Below, in pieces: positions 61,557 to 64,000 of a DNA stretch of 64,000 nt. The notes under the pieces are model-generated. The model saw only the letters and a program-made list of their open reading frames with translations. It was not told where the DNA came from and ran no database searches. Source of the DNA: Ranitomeya imitator (taxonomy: Eukaryota). Within the stretch, counting starts at the first letter, position 1; the number at the start of each line of letters is the position of its first letter. The DNA is taken from assembly GCF_032444005.1 (NCBI RefSeq), contig NC_091290.1, positions 133,114,001-133,178,000 on the forward strand. Direction: 5' to 3'. The position numbers and the translations under genes are program-made.

Positions 61557-61647
61557 CCGCATACCATCTCTTCCTTACACTCCGGACTGGAGCGCACAGG
61601 CCGCAGAGCCTCGGACTTTCCTGCGTGTAAAGCGCCTCCCGTACACA

Positions 61648-61746
61648 ATGGCCGACACCACAGTGGAGCCGGAGCCAGAACTGGAGCAAATCCGGCTCAA
61701 AAGCGCCAGAGAGGAGAAATTTCTCCCAGTGCCGGAGGGAGACCGG
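61648..61746 (+). CDS. CDK10: CDK10 exon 1
   Basis: 99 nt, ending GAC CGG|GTGAGA. Confidence 0.92.
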
Positions 61747-63977
61747 GTGAGAAGGGGATGATAGGTCTCAGGTGGTGATGATGATGTGGGTGTATTGCTC
61801 AGCAGGGGGGGCTGCGTACTGTTTACATGGTCACCATTTATTTGGGGTAATTTTAGCACACAATGGCCATTATAAGCTCTAAGGTTAGTATATAAGGTTT
61901 TAGTATGGGACAGTGCAAGGCGCCACCTGCTGGTGGGAACATTAGGAAAAACTGGGAACGCTGCTGAAGACGCCGCAGTGATGAGACTTTTGCCCTGGCT
62001 GGTGATATATAGTTACATAGGTTGGAAAAAAGACCCCGGTCCATCAAATTCAACCTTCCACTACCTCTTGTCGTCCCCACTGCTCCCAGTACATATGCCT
62101 GCGGTCCCCACTGCTGCCGGTATGGAAGCCTGCGGTCCCTATTGCTCCCAGTAGGGATTCCTGGGTCCCCATTGCTCCCAGTATGGATGCCTGCGGTCCC
62201 CACTGCTCCCAGTATGGAAGCCTGCGGTCCCCACTGCTCCCAGTACATATGCCTGCGGTCGCAACTGCTCCCAGTACATATGCCTGCGGTCGCCACTGCT
62301 CCCGGTACAGATGCCTACGGTCGCCACTGCTCCCGGGACATATGCCTGCGGTCGCCACTGCTCCCGGGACATATGCCTGCGGTCGCCACTGCTCCCAGTA
62401 CATATGCCTGCGGTCCCCACTGCTGCCGGTATGGAAGCCTGCGGTCGCCACTGCTCCCAGTATGGAAGCCTGCGGTCCCCACTGCTGCCGGTATGGAAGC
62501 CTGCGGTCCCCACTGCTCCCAGTATGGAAGCCTGCGGTCCCCACTGCTCCCGGTACAGATGCCTACGGTCGCCACTGCTCCCGGGACATATGCCTGCGGT
62601 CGCCACTGCTCCCGGGACATATGCCTGCGGTCGCCACTGCTCCCGGTACAGATGCCTGCGGTCGCCACTGCTCCTGGTACAGATGCCTGCGGTCGCCACT
62701 GCTCCCAGTACATATGCCTGCGGTCCCCACTGCTGCCGGTATGGAAGCCTGCGGTCCCCACTGCTCCCAGTATGGAAGCCTGCGGTCCCCACTGCTCCCA
62801 GTATGGAAGCCTGCGGTCCCCATTGCTCCCAGTAGGGATTCCTGGGTCCCCATTGCTCCCAGTATGGATGCCTGCGGTCCCCACTGCTCCCAGTACGGAA
62901 GCCTGCGGTCCCCACTGCTCCCAGTACATATGCCTGCGGTCGCCACTGATCCCAGTACAGATGCCTGCGGTCGCCACTGCTCCTGGTACAGATGCCTGCG
63001 GTCGCCACTGCTCCCGGTACATATGCCTGCGGTCGCCACTGCTCCCAGTACATATGCCTGCGGTCGCCACTGCTCCCAGTACATATGCCTGCGGTCGCCA
63101 CTGCTCCCAGTAGGGATGCCTGCGGTCGCCACTGCTCCCAGTAGGGATGCCTGCGGTCGCCACTGCTCCCATCATGGATGCTTGCGGGCGCCACTGCTCC
63201 CAGTACGTATGCCTGCAGTTGCCACTGCTCCCAGTAGGGATGCCTGCGGTCGCCACTGCTCCTGGTACAGATGCCTGCGGTCGCCACTGCTTCCAGTAGG
63301 GATGCCTGCGGTCGCCACTGCTCCCAGTAGGGATGCCTGCGGTCGCCACTGCTCCCAGTAGGGATGCCTGCGGTCGCCACTGCTCCCAGTAGGGATGCCT
63401 GCGGTCGCCACTGCTCCCAGTAGGGATGCCTGCGGTCGCCACTGCTCCCAGTAGGGATGCCTGCGGTCGCCACTGCTCCCAGTAGGGATGCCTGCGGTCG
63501 CCACTGCTCCCAGTAGGGATGCCTGCGGTCGCCACTGCTCCCATCATGGATGCTTGCGGGCGCCACTGCTCCCAGTACGTATGCCTGCAGTTGCCACTGC
63601 TCCCAGTACATATGTCTGCGGATGCCACTGCTCCCAGCATTGATGCTTGCGGTCCCCACTACTCCCAGTACGGATACCTGCCGTCCTCGATAGGGAGAGG
63701 CCTGACTAGTCTGAGGCCGAACCCCTGCAATTTGTCTCTGCCCCGATTCTCTTGACAGACAGGTCTTTCCCTATACGCACACACAGGTGTTTGGTTTGGT
63801 CAGGTTCCCTTTAAGTAAGCTCTGGTACACTGTAACGCCCTGCTGCTGCATATTATCATGTGTTACATTTTAGATCCCATATAATGAATAGAATTTTTTT
63901 ACAGCTCGGGCAATGTCGAAGCGTAAAGGAATTCGAGAAGTTAAACCGAATAGGCGAAGGCACCTACGGCATCGTGT
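61648..63977 (+). CDS. CDK10: Cyclin-dependent kinase 10, 5' part (exons 61648-61746 and 63905-63977; continues beyond the window)
   Basis: MADTTVEPEPELEQIRLKSAREEKFLPVPEGDR/LGQCRSVKEFEKLNRIGEGTYGIV(Y). This has the CDK10-type N-terminus and the glycine-rich loop GEGTYG. Confidence 0.95.
61920..61933 (-). promoter_or_regulatory. CTCF-like core motif in CDK10 intron 1
   Basis: The minus strand reads CCAGCAGGTGGCGC, matching the consensus. Confidence 0.5.
62072..63680. repeat. 31-bp minisatellite (GCCTGCGGTCSCCACTGCTCCCAGTAnnnAT), ~52 copies, in CDK10 intron 1
   Basis: Read directly from the sequence; variant units recur in blocks. Confidence 0.95.
63905..63977 (+). CDS. CDK10: CDK10 exon 2
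   Basis: ACAG|CTC GGG CAA TGT ... ATC GTG T|GTAAGT; 73 nt. Confidence 0.96.
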
Positions 63978-64000
63978 GTAAGTATTCACACCCTACGGGG

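Noticed and set aside
62022-63659. Long ORFs (363-506 aa) on both strands with Cys/Trp-rich repeats
   Set aside because: They result from a stop-poor 31-bp minisatellite inside CDK10 intron 1. Several frames on both strands are open, and there is no splice or domain support.

Overview
This is vertebrate genomic DNA, most likely from a frog (inferred from the repeat families), and it contains two 129-N assembly gaps. Four spliced genes can be reconstructed exon by exon from splice sites and reading-frame continuity. (1) The first two coding exons of a cytosolic sulfotransferase on the minus strand, likely SULT5A1 by synteny. (2) A complete DPEP1 membrane dipeptidase on the plus strand: 10 coding exons, about 409 aa, with a GPI signal. 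(3) A complete CHMP1A ESCRT-III gene on the minus strand: 7 coding exons, 196 aa. (4) CDK10 exons 1-2 on the plus strand. The order SULT-DPEP1-CHMP1A-CDK10 matches the mammalian 16q24.3 / mouse chr8 block, but SPATA33 is not recognisable between CHMP1A and CDK10. The rest is dense in mobile DNA: Tc1 transposons, PIF/Harbinger, hAT and Kolobok/T2 MITEs, a Helitron, Ty3/Gypsy and solo-LTR remnants, Penelope-like fragments, minisatellites and a full-length DIRS1 element. The most notable observation is that the roughly 6-kb DIRS element sits inside the polypyrimidine tract of the CHMP1A exon-5 splice acceptor. Other points of interest are four Harbinger insertions nested in Tc1 transposase genes, a telomere-like array at the apex of a fold-back MITE, and decayed Penelope hammerhead-like motifs. 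I found no convincing novel protein-coding system. The long ORFs over the minisatellites are artefacts.
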